64,000 nucleotides of DNA from Adineta vaga (lineage: Eukaryota > Animalia > Rotifera), in assembly GCA_021613535.1 (NCBI GenBank), contig CP075496.1, positions 12,276,001-12,340,000 on the forward strand, read 5' to 3'. The translations under genes were made by a program, and so were the position numbers. Of the stretch, positions 26,534 to 40,045 are shown piece after piece. The notes below the pieces were generated by a model. The model had not been told where the DNA came from. It saw only the letters and a list, made by a program, of their open reading frames with translations, and searched no databases. How positions within the stretch are numbered: position 1 is the stretch's first letter; every line of letters starts with the position of its first letter.

Positions 26534-28149
26534 ATGGTATGTGGAAATCTTTGTCTTATTCAAGTAATTCTATAGCATATTTCTTTCTTTCTTTCTAGTC
26601 ATCTGATGAACGATATTGTTTCATAGGAGAATGGTACGATTCTCAAGCAGCAATGACACGCACTTATCAAGTGCTCTATTATCCATCGGATAATAGTATT
26701 GAAATGGTTTGTCGAAGTTATTTGAAATTTTATTTTACAAACAATAATGAATATTCTTCTATTAGTATGATACAAAAACTCGTCGTACATTTTTGAAACG
26801 TACAAAATGTGACACAATCAAATTGCATGATTTTTTTATTGGAAACACAATAAATATCTTTTCTCGGTCAATTAAAGTTGCTGATTTTGGTGATGCATTT
26901 ACTGCCAAATCTATTGGCAAAAATCAGGAAAGGTTAGAAAATAAACGAAATATAATGATTGTTATTTGAATTTTATATTTAGAACTTTGGCAATTATTAA
27001 ACCAGATGCTGTCCGACATTTAGGTGATATAATTAGTGCAGTTTATGAAAATGGCTTTACAATTGCTCGAATGCGAATGATAAAATTATCACAAAATGAA
27101 GTGATGTATTTTTATTCGGAACATAAAACCAAAGATTTCTTTCCGTATGTTTTATTTGACGTTGTTTACTTTGTTGGTTAATATCATAAACTATTTCTAG
27201 ACGTTTATGTGAATTTATGACAAGTGGTCCACTTGTTGCGATGGAATTAGTCGGATCAGATGCAGTTAATCGTTGGAGAAGTATGATTGGACCAACAGAC
27301 ACACAGAGAGCCAAAGAACAAGGATCACATTTACTTCGTGCACGATTTGGCACGGGTATGAATTTAATAAATAGTTGAAATGTTTGAAAAAAATTGGATT
27401 ATTTAGATGGAACAAGAAATGCTTTACATGGATCTGATTCTGCATCAAGTGCTCAACGAGAAGTTTCATTCTTTTTCGGTTCCAAATATGGTGTGAATAC
27501 GGCATGTTATAACGATACGACATGCTGTATTATTAAACCACATGCAGTTGCTGAAGGTAGAGCCGGACATATTATCAATGCTATTCTAATTGCTGGATTT
27601 CAAGTTTCTGCTATTGGAACAGTATGTTGATGTTATTTATCGATGTATTCTATTGGTAGTTTCATTTCTTTTAGTTCAGCTTAGATAAAGTAAATGCCGA
27701 AGAATTCTTCGAAGTTTATAAAGGTGTTGTGCACGAATATCCCGTAAGTATTTTCTATTAATGATTAATTTCATGAATAAGTCTAATTTGAATATAGAAA
27801 ATGGTTGAAGAATTAATGTCAGGTGCATGTATTGTTCTCGAAGTTCGTGCTCAAAATGCACAAGCAGTTTTTCGTGATTTCTGTGGTCCAGCCGATCCAG
27901 TATGTCTTTTATTCTTGTAGCTATATCTAATAATCTATCTCTCTTGCTTAAGGAAATTGCTCGTCATATTCGTCCAAGAACACTTCGTGCTTTATATGGT
28001 AAAGACAAAGTGAAAAATGCTGTTCATTGTACAGACTTAGCTGAAGATGCGACATTAGAAGTAAGAAAACAATCGGTGAATTAATTTTTTTATATTAAAC
28101 TTATTTTTATTTTTAGGTTGAATATTTCTTCCGAATCTTAGATCATTGA
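26534..28149 (+). CDS. NME7: Nucleoside diphosphate kinase 7 (DM10 domain + two NDK domains), multi-exon
   Basis: ERYCFIGEWYD...YYPSDNSIEM (DM10); RTLAIIKPDA...RARFGT.GTRNALHGSDS; TCCIIKPHAV...KVKNAVHCTDL; ends EYFFRILDH*. Confidence 0.95.
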
Positions 28150-28287
28150 TCAATGAATTGAACGACTGAAAGCATGAACGTTGAAAAACGTTCATTTTTT
28201 CTTCTTTTTTTTCTGATTCTTTACGAATAAAATAAATGATTTTATCACATTTTCAATATATGAAATTTATTGGATCGAATATATGGT

Positions 28288-30747
28288 TCAGTCATGATGA
28301 ACTAAAAAATGATAAAAGAGAAAATTGACTTTATCTGTTGACTGATACTTACGAGCAGGCAATCGTTTTGGTCTATTACGAGGAACTTGATGTTGATGAA
28401 TAGGATTAACTGACATTGCAATTGTTTCTTCATGGTTTGTGGGTCGAGATCGTCGACGATTACGTCGACGTTCCATTCTTTCAAGACGAGTACGCGATCT
28501 GGGTAATGGTGGTAAGGATATCGGTTGAAGTTGTTCATCATGTTCTGAAGTTTTTGGTCGATGATGATGACGCTTTCCGTGGCGTCTTTCATCTGGTTCC
28601 GATAAAAATGTTTCTGAGGGCACTGATCGATTATGACCATATGATTTTGGCTGTGATATTGGCTTTTCAACATGTGTTTCCTGTGGAGGTGACCAATCAT
28701 GCATCGGGAAATTCATTTCTAAAATGAATACATCACACTTCATCTCATGCAAATCAGTTTTAAACTATTGTTGACTTATATTGTACTAACTAGGTGTTTC
28801 TGAATGTTTTCTTTTCCATATAAAGAAACCCAAAACGCCAACTATTAGAGAAACACCGATGATGGATCCAACAGCTATCAGTGCAATTTTCCATTTAGCA
28901 AGAGCTTCTATTTATTTATTTTAATAAAACTGTCAATTCTCATGATCACAGACTGTATTTTCTCCTACCTGGACATTCAGGCGGTGATGTTAACTTTGCT
29001 AAAATCGAGAAAGAATACTTACAATGTGTTTTGAACACATCAATATCCGAAATCCAACAAAGATTGCATAAATTAACATACTTGTTGTTGATGAGGACAT
29101 CGGTGTATTTTCCGTAGAAATGATGGTAGATAGATTAGTGATGATTGGTTCAGTAGTGTTTGCATCGATGATCGTTGAATGACTAGTGATTGGGTCAGTG
29201 ATATTAAGAATACCAGTCGTTGGATTGGTAGTAGTTAGATAAGTAGAAATTACATCGGTGGTAGCTGGATTCGTAGTGGCTGGAATAGTGGCAGTTGGCT
29301 TTATAATGTCGGCATCAGTAATAGTTGAAAACGTAGTATCTTGGTCGGTATTAGTTGCATTCAATTGTGATCGGAAACATATGTGTGGACGTTAAAAGAT
29401 CTGTACATCGCTATAGTTTGTCGTGCTGTTATATGAATCGGTAACTGTATCTTGTGGAGATGAAAAATTGTTAGTGTTGAATTCTACAGGGGATGTCACT
29501 ATATTTTCAAGTTTTCGATTACCTTTAGTAATGTAACTCACCATCATCTGCACACTTTAATATGTTAAAATCAAAAATATACCGTGCAAAAATAATATCG
29601 TATTCAATAGATAGATCGACAGAAGTCCAATTCCACGTGTAATTGATTTTCAAGGAATCTGAACTATTGGAGATAAAGCATTGTAGCAGTGTGCCATTTA
29701 TCAAGAAACAATATTTGATATGACGAAAACATGTTATATCTGTATTATTCTGATTATGTATTTCAATTGTACAGTTATCTGAAGTACCCACTACGGTAAT
29801 ATTTGGTTTGTCAATTATTTTATCTGGAAAAAAAATGAGATTGATTTTTATTTGAAACCTTCTACAATCCTATTAGCATAGAACTGATCTGTATTAGAAG
29901 CAGATCATCATTTATTCGAACAAGATCTAAAAACAATAGAGCGAAAATCATTTCAAAGAATGCATCAATTCAGTATAGACATAAATTCAACATAACAAGT
30001 AAAGCAGCGAAAGAATCTATGAAAAGACTTCTTACCGACAAGTAAATTCTTTGATATTGTCATGTTGTAAAAGTTGTTCACTAATTGGTATTGTATGTCT
30101 ATATCAATATTTACTGGCTTCTCTGCTATACTCACACTACTATTAATGATTTCAAAAGAAATTGTATTCGGTTGACTCGTTGAACCAAATATTAAATCTG
30201 ATGAATTTACTGTACGATACATTTCAATATCAGATGGATCTATGGAGTCATTAATAAGAAGATAAGCTTGACAGGAATTTGAATGCTCATGTAAAACGAA
30301 TTCAGCTGAAGATAATTGAACATCTTCAAAAAGATAATTAGCTTTTCATATGAATGTGCAAAGACTATTACTATAAACTGTTATATTTGCTGTATATACA
30401 TCTTGACCATCATTTACTGCATAGATACCAGTATGAAAATATTGTGCATAGTCTACACTTAAATTTGTCCCATTAGAATCATCATTTTGCTTATTTATAT
30501 TGATAAGTAATGAAACAGATGAGTCAGAAGGTGCCCAGTCATTCATGATGGCAGCAAGAAGCGTATTATTAAATAACCATTGTTGAATTGTAATATTCAT
30601 TGTATTGATGATTATACTGTCATTAACCCATACAGAGTGTTTAACATTTGGATTGAAACGAGTGATTTTAATCATCTGATCAAAACCCAGAACTGATTGC
30701 AAGTAAATTGGTAGAATAAGAATTAACATTTGTATCAACTTGTTCAT
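28288..30747 (-). CDS. Ig-like type I membrane glycoprotein A (signal peptide, 3 beta-rich domains, Thr-rich stalk, TM, Arg-rich tail); in-frame stop in stalk exon
   Basis: Exon ORFs 30346-30786, 29965-30222, 29525-29791, 28999-29364, 28288-28752; TM KIALIAVGSIIGVSLIVGVLGFFIWKRK at ~28810-28900; many NxS/T sequons; phase-1 introns; paralog of 31761-34273. Confidence 0.75.
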
Positions 30748-30836
30748 AGTTAGTGATGCAATAATCTCAATTCGACTCGGTTCCAATTCTATAATTAGTT
30801 AAAAATGACTCGAATTGAATGGATCTATAGTCTGTT

Positions 30837-31177
30837 TTCGTCAGAGTCGATATGAAACTGGTTGCAATTGGTCTCATAGAGGACAACAACACAACAAATA
30901 GCATATTCGAAATCAGTAGAGAAAACTGCATTATAACAAACGTCTTTTCTCGAAAAATTTACTCATAGAGAAGTATGGGTGAGTTTGTTGTGAAAAACAT
31001 TTTCTGACAAAAGATGTTTGTTATAATGCAGTTTTCTGTACTGATTTCGAATATGCTATTTGTTGTGTTCTCCAATAAAGATATATTGACAAAAACACTG
31101 CCGCCTTGAAAAAAATATATTTCTGTATGTGACCAATTTTAACCAATTCTAATTAATTTCATATCGACTCTGACGAA
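30837..31177. mobile_element. Foldback / MITE-like element with nested inverted repeats
   Basis: 21-bp perfect outer inverted repeat TTCGTCAGAGTCGATATGAAA (30837-30857 / 31157-31177) and ~70-bp near-perfect inner inverted repeat (~30888-30957 / ~31000-31069); no coding capacity. Confidence 0.75.
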
Positions 31178-31760
31178 TCGTATTCATAGAAAACAGCAAT
31201 ACCATTAATACCCAACAAGTTTTTGCCACTAGGAACTGAAATCGACAGACAGATCTTATTTTTATTGTTGTTTGTAATTAATTATAATAATTATTTTGAT
31301 TGATATAAAAATGTAAAATAAGCACGAAACTATGTCTACCTTAGAAGTATTCTATCGTTGATTTCATCGCATAGATAAGAAATTAAAATATTTATTTAAA
31401 GTATGGACGATAGTAACTATCGTAGATGTCATGTCTGTGTAATATTCAGTAATGAAAAAGTTCAACAAATATGACTTGCACAATCAATTGAAGAAAGTTT
31501 CAGATAGATCAAGCATTCAAACTATACTCTATATATTTTTCACATGTGTCACGCTATAGTCATTGTTTTGGACAATGATTTCTCTTCTGTGAGAATGATA
31601 GATGAAAGTATGAAAGTTTTTCAATTTCTGTTTGTTGATATAAACGAATAAAACAAATGATGCAATCACGATTTCAAAAAAAATAAAATTGATTTAATAG
31701 GAATTAAACATTTGGAACTAAAATATAAAAAAAAAGAAGATTGACTTCATCTGTAAAATG

Positions 31761-34273
31761 TTAATTACGTGGGGGTAATGGTCTTCGTCGACCATGAGGA
31801 ACTTGATGTTGATGAATAGGATGAGATGATTTAGAAATTGGCTGAGATGATGAAGTGTGTCCATTTGGTTCGTAATTCGGTGATGCTACTCGTCGACGAT
31901 TACGTCGACGTTCTTGTTTATCAAGATCATAGGATGATCTGGTAGGTGGTAGTGGTCGTTTCGATTGAAATTGTTCGTGATGGTTTGACGTTTGTGATTG
32001 CTGTGACAATCGTAATGACTTATTGGTCGATCGTGGTGGCGGTATCGGCTGTCCACGATGATAATTATCTCTTTGTGACCTTTCACTTGATTCTGAAGTC
32101 GAAGAGTTTGATGATGATGTTGATTGTCTACGATCTCTAGATTTCGAATTCTGTATTGGTTTTTGAACTATTTGTCTCGGTTGAGTTGGTCGAATTTCCA
32201 TTGGAATTTCAGGCTCTAGTAAAAATCATATATTTTGTTTAATCTGCTTTTTACATGGTTCAATTTTTTTTAAAGAACTAACAAACATAGAGCACTTTTT
32301 AACATACCATGAGGTTCTACTTTACTCCTCCCAAGATTTCCACTTCCTGAAGTTGATGAAATACTATATGTTTTATATGTAGACACAAATGTTCGATTTT
32401 CATTTAAAGTTTCTTATAGAAAAGGAAAACAAGACCGATGACTAATAGTTTGCTTACCAAAAGTTCCTCTCGACTGTTTTTTCCATATAAAAAGAACGAC
32501 TCCTCCAACTAATAGTAGAGCACCTATCACTGATCCAATGACGATCAATGCAATTTGCCATCCAGCAAGAGATCCTAGTTATAAATGACAATGAAAAGAG
32601 AATTGTAAGAAATAAATCAATATTTCTCTAATACTTGGTTCTTTTGGTGGTGTCGTAATAGGTGCTAAAATTGAAGAAGATAGACAATCATGCTTGTTAG
32701 TTATTAGTAATCGTAAGAAAAGTTTTGGTAATTGATAGTAAATAGAAAATCAAAAGAATATATAGCTAAAATGATCGTACTTGTTGTCGGTAACGAACTG
32801 TTTGAATATTCTGAATAGTCTATGATTATAGGTTTAGTGTCTACATCGAACTGCATAGAGAACATACTTGTGGATGTAGCGTAGTATGTACTAGCACTAT
32901 AAGTTGCTATATCTTTTGAAGTACTATCTTCATTCGTATATGATACGGAAGTTGTAAATTGTGAATATGATGATTCCTCAGTAGTAAATGTGGTATCAGG
33001 TGTCACTGAAATAATGCTTTGTCTTTTAAATAAATCTTATTTCGTTATAATAAAGTAATATTTAATTTTTTTTCATTCGAACAAAATATCTTGCTAGATC
33101 TTCGATTGCTTTTAATAATATATCTTACCATAAGGTGCACATTTCAGTACTTGCATATTGAATATATACTTTCCATAGATAATATCGTATTCAATAACTA
33201 AATCGATCGAAGTCAAATTCCATGTGTAGTCTAGTTCCTGAGAATCTAGATTATTGAAAGTATCGTAATAAAATATTGTATCATTTGTCTTTAACCAATA
33301 AGTAATATTGCGAATACATTCAATATTTCTCATATATTTGTGTTCTATGTGAACTGTACAATTGTTCGAAAAACCAGTTGTAGATATGTTGGGTTCGTTG
33401 ATTAACTCTCCTAAATTAAATAAATAGTTTGTATTCTAAATATCGTTGACAAAACTTCTTTTTTTTCGTTCGAAATAGAATTTAATTGATATTTTTCTTG
33501 TGCAATTATTGTAACTGAAGTAATTAACGAATTTGAATATGGATAACTTACCAAGAGATATATTTTTCGATAGAACAATAGTATAATTATTGATATTTAA
33601 CGTATACTTTATATCAATGTCGATGCTCATAGAAGTGTTCAGTATATCCATATTGCTGTTAAGGATTTCAAAAGCCATAAAATTCGATGACTTTGGAGTA
33701 TCGAATGTTAAATCGGATGAGTTTGCTATACGAGAAATTCCAAGATCTGTTGGTTCTATTGAGTCATTGATAAGAAGAAATGCTTTGCACATATTTGAGT
33801 CATTACGTAAAACAGACTCGACTGAAAACAATTTCGCATCTAAGAGAAGAAAAATTTATTGAAAATCATACATGGGCTTTCAAGAGACTATTACCGTAAA
33901 CTGTTAGATTTAATGAATAAATACCTGGCTCCTCATCAACGGCGTAATTACCAGAATGAAAGCGTTGAACACGGTTCAGAACTAGACGTGAACGATCTAT
34001 AGCAATGAAATTTATTGTTGCATTAATTTGTGATGCTATACTGGAATTTTCAGATGTCCACACACCGGTGTTTGTAAAAAGGACGGATGTATTGAATAAC
34101 CATTTTTCAGCTCCAATATCTATCGCTTCAATTTCTATAGTGTCATCAATCCATACATAACCTGAGATATTTGGATAAATTGGTGAGATCTCATAGAAAC
34201 GATCGAATCCCAAAATTGATTGCAGATACATAAGCAGAATGAACGTTATCATATACATTGACTTTTCCATCAT
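31761..34273 (-). CDS. Ig-like type I membrane glycoprotein B (paralog of A)
   Basis: Signal peptide ...LMYLQSILGFD; LVLNRVQRFHSGNYAV; same exon layout as A; Ser/Thr stalk; TM WQIALIVIGSVIGALLLVGGVVLFIWKK at ~32480-32565; tail shares ERRRNRRR and HPIHQHQVP motifs with A. Confidence 0.8.
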
Positions 34274-34946
34274 TTAATCTGAAAATAAATGGTCTTTTGC
34301 GAACGATATTATTATATAACAGTGTGTATATATCTAGGTGCTTTGAATTTAAACACAGATAATTATTTATATTAATTGATACAATGTTTTCATAGGATAT
34401 TGCACATATTATTTATCAAACAAATTCAGAAACACATACAAAATGGTTTATGGTTAAGCGATGAATACAATATGTCTGATTGTCTACTTGTTCTGTTGCT
34501 AAGCTCATTCAGCAGATAAGGAATGTAAATATTTATATAGAATATTGACAGTCGTAACTGCACACAATTTTCTAGATATTTAGAGGAAAAAAAGTCTAAT
34601 AAAAATAAATTTCCTTCGTGTATGAACAAATATTACTCAATCATTATTATTATTATTTAATTATGAAACATATCAAGTAAAAGAATTTTAAAACATATAG
34701 TTGTGTTAATTGTACGAGGAAAAGCATAAAATAAACATTTTGACATAACATATGCATGTTCAAAAATCAACTGATTTCGAAGTATTTCAGCTCTGTCGTA
34801 CATGTGATACAAGTTGTCGTCTTTGAATTTTATCGAAATAATCAAAATAATAAATACGAAAATAACATTATTATATCAAGACAATATAGAATTTCATCAA
34901 TCAGTTGTTTTGCTCTACAGGTCGCCAAACAGTATAGCCACTATCG

Positions 34947-37060
34947 TTATCGAGCTTTGGTAACCTTCTTGTTAGGCACGGCTGCATATAGATCATGCGG
35001 TGGGTGATCAGTTTTTGAAGTAAATTCGTCTATTGGGTAGCGATCTACTAAATGAAAGACTTTAGTTTTGCGAGATTTATTATGTAATAGAGAAAAAAAA
35101 TAATCCGTTCTTGTTAATCTTCTCTAGATAAAAATGATCTGTTTTCATTGAGAATATATTGAAAGTATGGAGATGATTAAGAATGGTTTTAATTCGAAAC
35201 AGACAAAGATTTCTATCATCATTATCAGATTAGTTTTTAAATACTTGATTTCGTTTCGTGATTTTGATCCCATCGTCGATAGCAAAAGATTCCCAATGGA
35301 ACCAATACAATAATGATTAATAAACCAAAAATAATTGGTAGAACAATCGGTAAGATCGAAGGATTTGGCGAAGCATCTGAAAACATTTCATCCGAAGAAA
35401 ATATAAATATGAGTAAAGCAAAAAATTCTCGATATACAGTGAATTGAAATATACCGCTGACGTATTATTTAAATACACTTACGATGTTAAATACAGAATG
35501 TCTTGTGACATCTAATAACCATCCAGATGCAAATATGTTAAAATGAAAAACAAGTTCAAACATTCTCAATACTCGTGTTGCTTATATTGAAATTGGACAG
35601 TTCAATCAATAAAATGTATGTTACCTCTACGTTTTTAGAAGTGAATCTATTTCTGTCTAACTATGGTTATAATGTAAAGGTTACATTTTTAGTTATATGA
35701 CTAAATATTGAGGAATTCATATTTTTCTCTCTGAGTAGCGCACAATTTCATCTTTTCTATGAAAACATTTCATCAGAGATTCTAGTATAAGTTTTCATAA
35801 CATTACTATACAAATGCTCATCTGTACCTCACCGTTTATGGTATATATATATATATAAATAGTCATTTTCGTCAAAATTTTCCTTTGGTAATTATATATG
35901 CTTACGAGAAGTTGCTGCGATTGTCATTGAAGTAGCTCCACTAGATGTACCTCCTGGTATAGTTCCATTGCTGAAGTTTGCTTTTATAGAAGATGATGTT
36001 ATACTTTCCGCTATTGTAGGCTGCGTAGTTAAAATACTTGCAACTGTTGATGTTGGCGTATCTGAAAGATAATTTTTGAAATTGTATTACTTCTTGCTCA
36101 AATCTCGGTATAACACAAATAAATGAAATAGTTCGAATGTAGAACTGCATATTCGATATAAAATAAGTGTTGCATGATTGACGAGTATTTATATTGAAAG
36201 AATTTTCTGTTTTAAGAAAGGGAAAGTATGAGGTAGTTTATAGTTTTACAAAAGCGAGATATTTTTTAATACACTAATAAGCGTTACTTGTACATTTATT
36301 GCGTAGATTTTATATCTGTTCCTTAGAATTAGTGTATATAGAATGTCATTGTATTGTTTAGCGAAAGAGGTTTGAGTAGCAGTTGTATACAGTGCGATCA
36401 AAATTATACAAGAGTTATCGTAGGAAATAGGACACATATCCACAGAAATATAATATGGGAACATTTTGTAACTATCGCCTATATAATAATGTACTAAAAG
36501 CTAACAATACTGAACTAAATACTCAAAAATTGATCATCAAAAATTTGTACATATGATATAATAGGCTTACCAAGTATTTTAATGGAATAACTTAAAGCAG
36601 AAGTTGGATTTATTTGTATTTGATTCTGCTGATGAAAACAAATATACTCTGATACCTTAGTATGAGTCATATTCTTAATTATCATCGATTGTCTGGTAAA
36701 GTTATAGTCATTAATACATGAATTTGTTGATATATTCAAGGTGGATCTTGATGAGCAAGTATAAGTACCGTTTGAATAAACCGTTGCAAAGGACGCGGTA
36801 TTTGTTCTATTAGTTTTACAGAGATCTGCAACGGTAAACCAATAGATAATCGCATTGAATTGTCCATTTTCACATGATGGAAGTTGAACTTGAGAATAAG
36901 GTGAAACTTCATAATGTAGTTTTGTATGATTGACGTTTTGAAGGTCAGTGTCACCGCAAATAATAGGTTCAGTTGTATTCTTCGTGTTAATCACTTGTGT
37001 CATAACACTCGTCGACACATACCAACTAATCAGCCATATAAGAGGAATATAAAAGAACAT
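34947..37060 (-). CDS. Ig V-like type I membrane glycoprotein C with mucin stalk, TM and Tyr-motif tail; middle exons uncertain
   Basis: Exon 1: signal peptide, VQLPSC..IYWF..MIIKNMTHTKVSEYICF; stalk exon ~36061-35906 (TPTSTVASILTTQPT...); TM exon ~35376-35245 (ILPIVLPIIFGLLIIIVLVPLGIFCYRR); last exon RYPIDEFTSKTDHPPHDLYAAVPNKKVTKAR*. Confidence 0.68.
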
Positions 37061-37733
37061 TATAGTAAGCTTTTGTAATCTAAAGAAACTCTACTAAAAT
37101 TAAAAAGCAAGTCGATAATGAGAGAAACCATGTAAAAAGATGTTAAAAACTTTCAGAATACTTCGATATATCAATAACAGTAAAATCTCAACGAAAGGAA
37201 TAAAGTTGTCGTTGATGTTTCATTCGTGAAGAAAAAGATGACTTATGCAAATATACACTTCGCTTAACTTTTTTACGACAATATCATAGGTATATGAGTG
37301 ATGATAAGTGATGTAAAGTATTAAAACAACAAACCATAGTACAATATATAAGCGGTAAGCAAATCCGAAAAAACAAACGGTACCCATTGAATTAAAGATA
37401 AATTTCTGACAATATTAATCAAACTTAACTCACGAAAAAAAATTGCACAGATGTCACTAGTTTTTAATATGCAAACCTCCAAATTTAATATTTATTGCAT
37501 CTTCTATGTAGGTGGCGTTTTGTGAATAAAAGTACAGACCAATCGATATCAAAGAAATGACGTACACTACAATATATCAACATACAATACAAAAACAATT
37601 TGAAATAATTTTCGAAATACTATTTGTTAATAATTTCTACGCATTGTTTTGGAAATTACATCGCAATTCATATTTAAATAATTGATCAGTTTCTTTCGTA
37701 GATAATTCACTCAGCCATTATACACGTTCGAAA

Positions 37734-40045
37734 ATGTCATTGACTCAGTAAGTACAACTATAATTTATCAACTTGATCTCTATGATAACACTTTCCCTTT
37801 ATTTAGAGTACTTCCACAGCCGTCCATGGCAGGATATGATCGTGAGGATGATGAACAAAATCATAAACAAACGAAAAATGAAGTAAATTAACTATATTCA
37901 TTTGTCTTAACAATGTATCAATAAATTTTATCTTCTAGGTATCAATCTTATCGAAATTTGTTGTTCCACCATATGGTCATCGAAAAGATTTCATTCCTCG
38001 AAGACCAGATGTAAGTTATAAAACATTCTAATTAATGCTTATCTTATCATTTCCCAATCGTTTTCAGATGTTTGGTGATGGTGGTGCTTTTCCTGAAATT
38101 CATTTAGCACAATATCCATTAAATATGGGTTTAACAAAAAATCAAACATCAAATGCTATTCAACTTCAAGTTGATGCTGATGGAAAACCTAAATTCGATG
38201 CTATTGTCAAACAAAATGTTAAAGGCAGTAAAGTAAGTAAATAGTCTCTGTAGGTAATTCTATCTATATGTTGGATTCTATTTAGATTGTTTATACAAGT
38301 TTTGTCGATCTTTTACCCAAAGAAGTTCGTGAAGATGATCCTAGTTTACAAAAGCCATCCGAAGAAGAATTGAAAGAAGTAAGTTACATAGTAATAATCT
38401 ATTTTAACATGAAATTTATTTTTGTTTAGAAAACTGAAAAAACACGCCAAGCACTTGAAGCCCTTGTTTCATCGAAAGTATCAGCTGCTTTACCAGTCCA
38501 ACATGCAGAAAAACAAGGACCAGTTCAATATATTCGCTACACACCTTCACAACAAGGTGCAGAATTCAATTCTGGAGCTAAACAACGTATTATTCAAATG
38601 GTTGAAGTACAAAAAGATCCCATGGAACCACCTCGATTCAAGTAAGAAATAAAAAACTCATTTCTTTCTGATCTAACAACTACTGTTTGTTTTTTTTTTC
38701 AATAGAATTAATAAGAAAATTCCTCGTGGACCTCCTAGTCCTCCAGCGCCAATTCTTCATTCACCAACACGAAAAGTTACTGTGAAAGAACAACAAGATT
38801 GGAAGATTCCACCATGTATTTCCAATTGGAAAAACTCTAAAGTACGGAATTTATTATTTCAATTCTTCTCTTTGGTAACGAGTAATTTGTCTTTTAGGGT
38901 TATACAATTCCACTTGATAAACGTTTAGCTGCTGATGGTCGTGGACTTCAAAGTACACATATCAATGAAAATTTCGCTAAACTTGCTGAAGCATTATATA
39001 CAGCCGATTTGAAGGTGAGATTGATTTGATAATCCTTAAGAAGAATTTGTCTTGTCTTATTTTTATTTTTTTGATCTTTAGGCTCGTGAAGCAGTAGATA
39101 TGCGTGCTAAAGTTGAAAAACAAATCGCGAAAAAACAAAAGGATGATAAAGAAGAACGATTACGTGAATTAGCTATGCATGCTCGAACAGATCGAGCAGG
39201 TATTCGTAGCGCTGGTAAATCATAGACTTTGTTGATTTAAAAATGAATTATTGTAAATTTTCTTTCATATTTAGATAAAGGTGATGTAGAAAGTGCTGAA
39301 CGTGATCAAATTCGACAGGAAAGACAAAAAGACAGACAACGTGCTGCTGCTCTACAACGAGCGGGAGGCGATAAAAAGTGAGAAAAATGAAATGATGATT
39401 GGATGGCAAAAATTTACTTCTTTGTATTTTAGGAATCGTCCAAAAGAACGTGATATTAGTGAACAGATTGCATTGGGTGTGCAAAGTGCATCTAATTCAG
39501 GTGTTCAATATGATCAACGTCTATTCAATATGTCTGCAGTAAGAATTGATCATTTAACTTGACATTATTTGCATTATCTATGTTTGCTTTTCGTTTAGGG
39601 TTTTAACAGTGGTTTAGCTGATGATGAAGCTTATAATGTGTATGATCAAGCGTGGAACTCATCAACGGCTGTCGCTTCTCAAATTTATAAACCAACAAAA
39701 ACGACAAAAGATAATTTTGATGATACTGAAGCTTTAATTAGTGCTTCTAAACGGTTCGTTCTTTTCTTCTTTTTCTAAAAGAATGTTAGAAAATTTTGTA
39801 TCTTTCGTAGATTTGAACAAGATCGTGGCTTCAAAGGAGCTGATCGAGCAGTAGCACGTGATGGTCCTGTTCAATTTCAACGTGAAGAAGATCCGTTTGG
39901 TCTAACCGGTTTCTTGAAAGATGTACGACATGGTGGTGCAGGTAGTTCAGCTCCATCAACGAATGCATCATCTAGTTCATCATCTAAACGTGGAAATGCC
40001 GATGATCGTGAAGAACGCAGTAGTGAAAAACGCCGCAAGAAATAA
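37734..40045 (+). CDS. SNW1: SNW domain-containing protein 1 / SKIP (Prp45), multi-exon
   Basis: FGDGGAFPEIHLAQYPLNMG, YIRYTPSQQG, DPMEPPRF, PPSPPAPILHSP, WKIPPCISNWKN, GYTIPLDKRLAADGRGLQ, YDQRLFN, DGPVQF. Confidence 0.97.
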
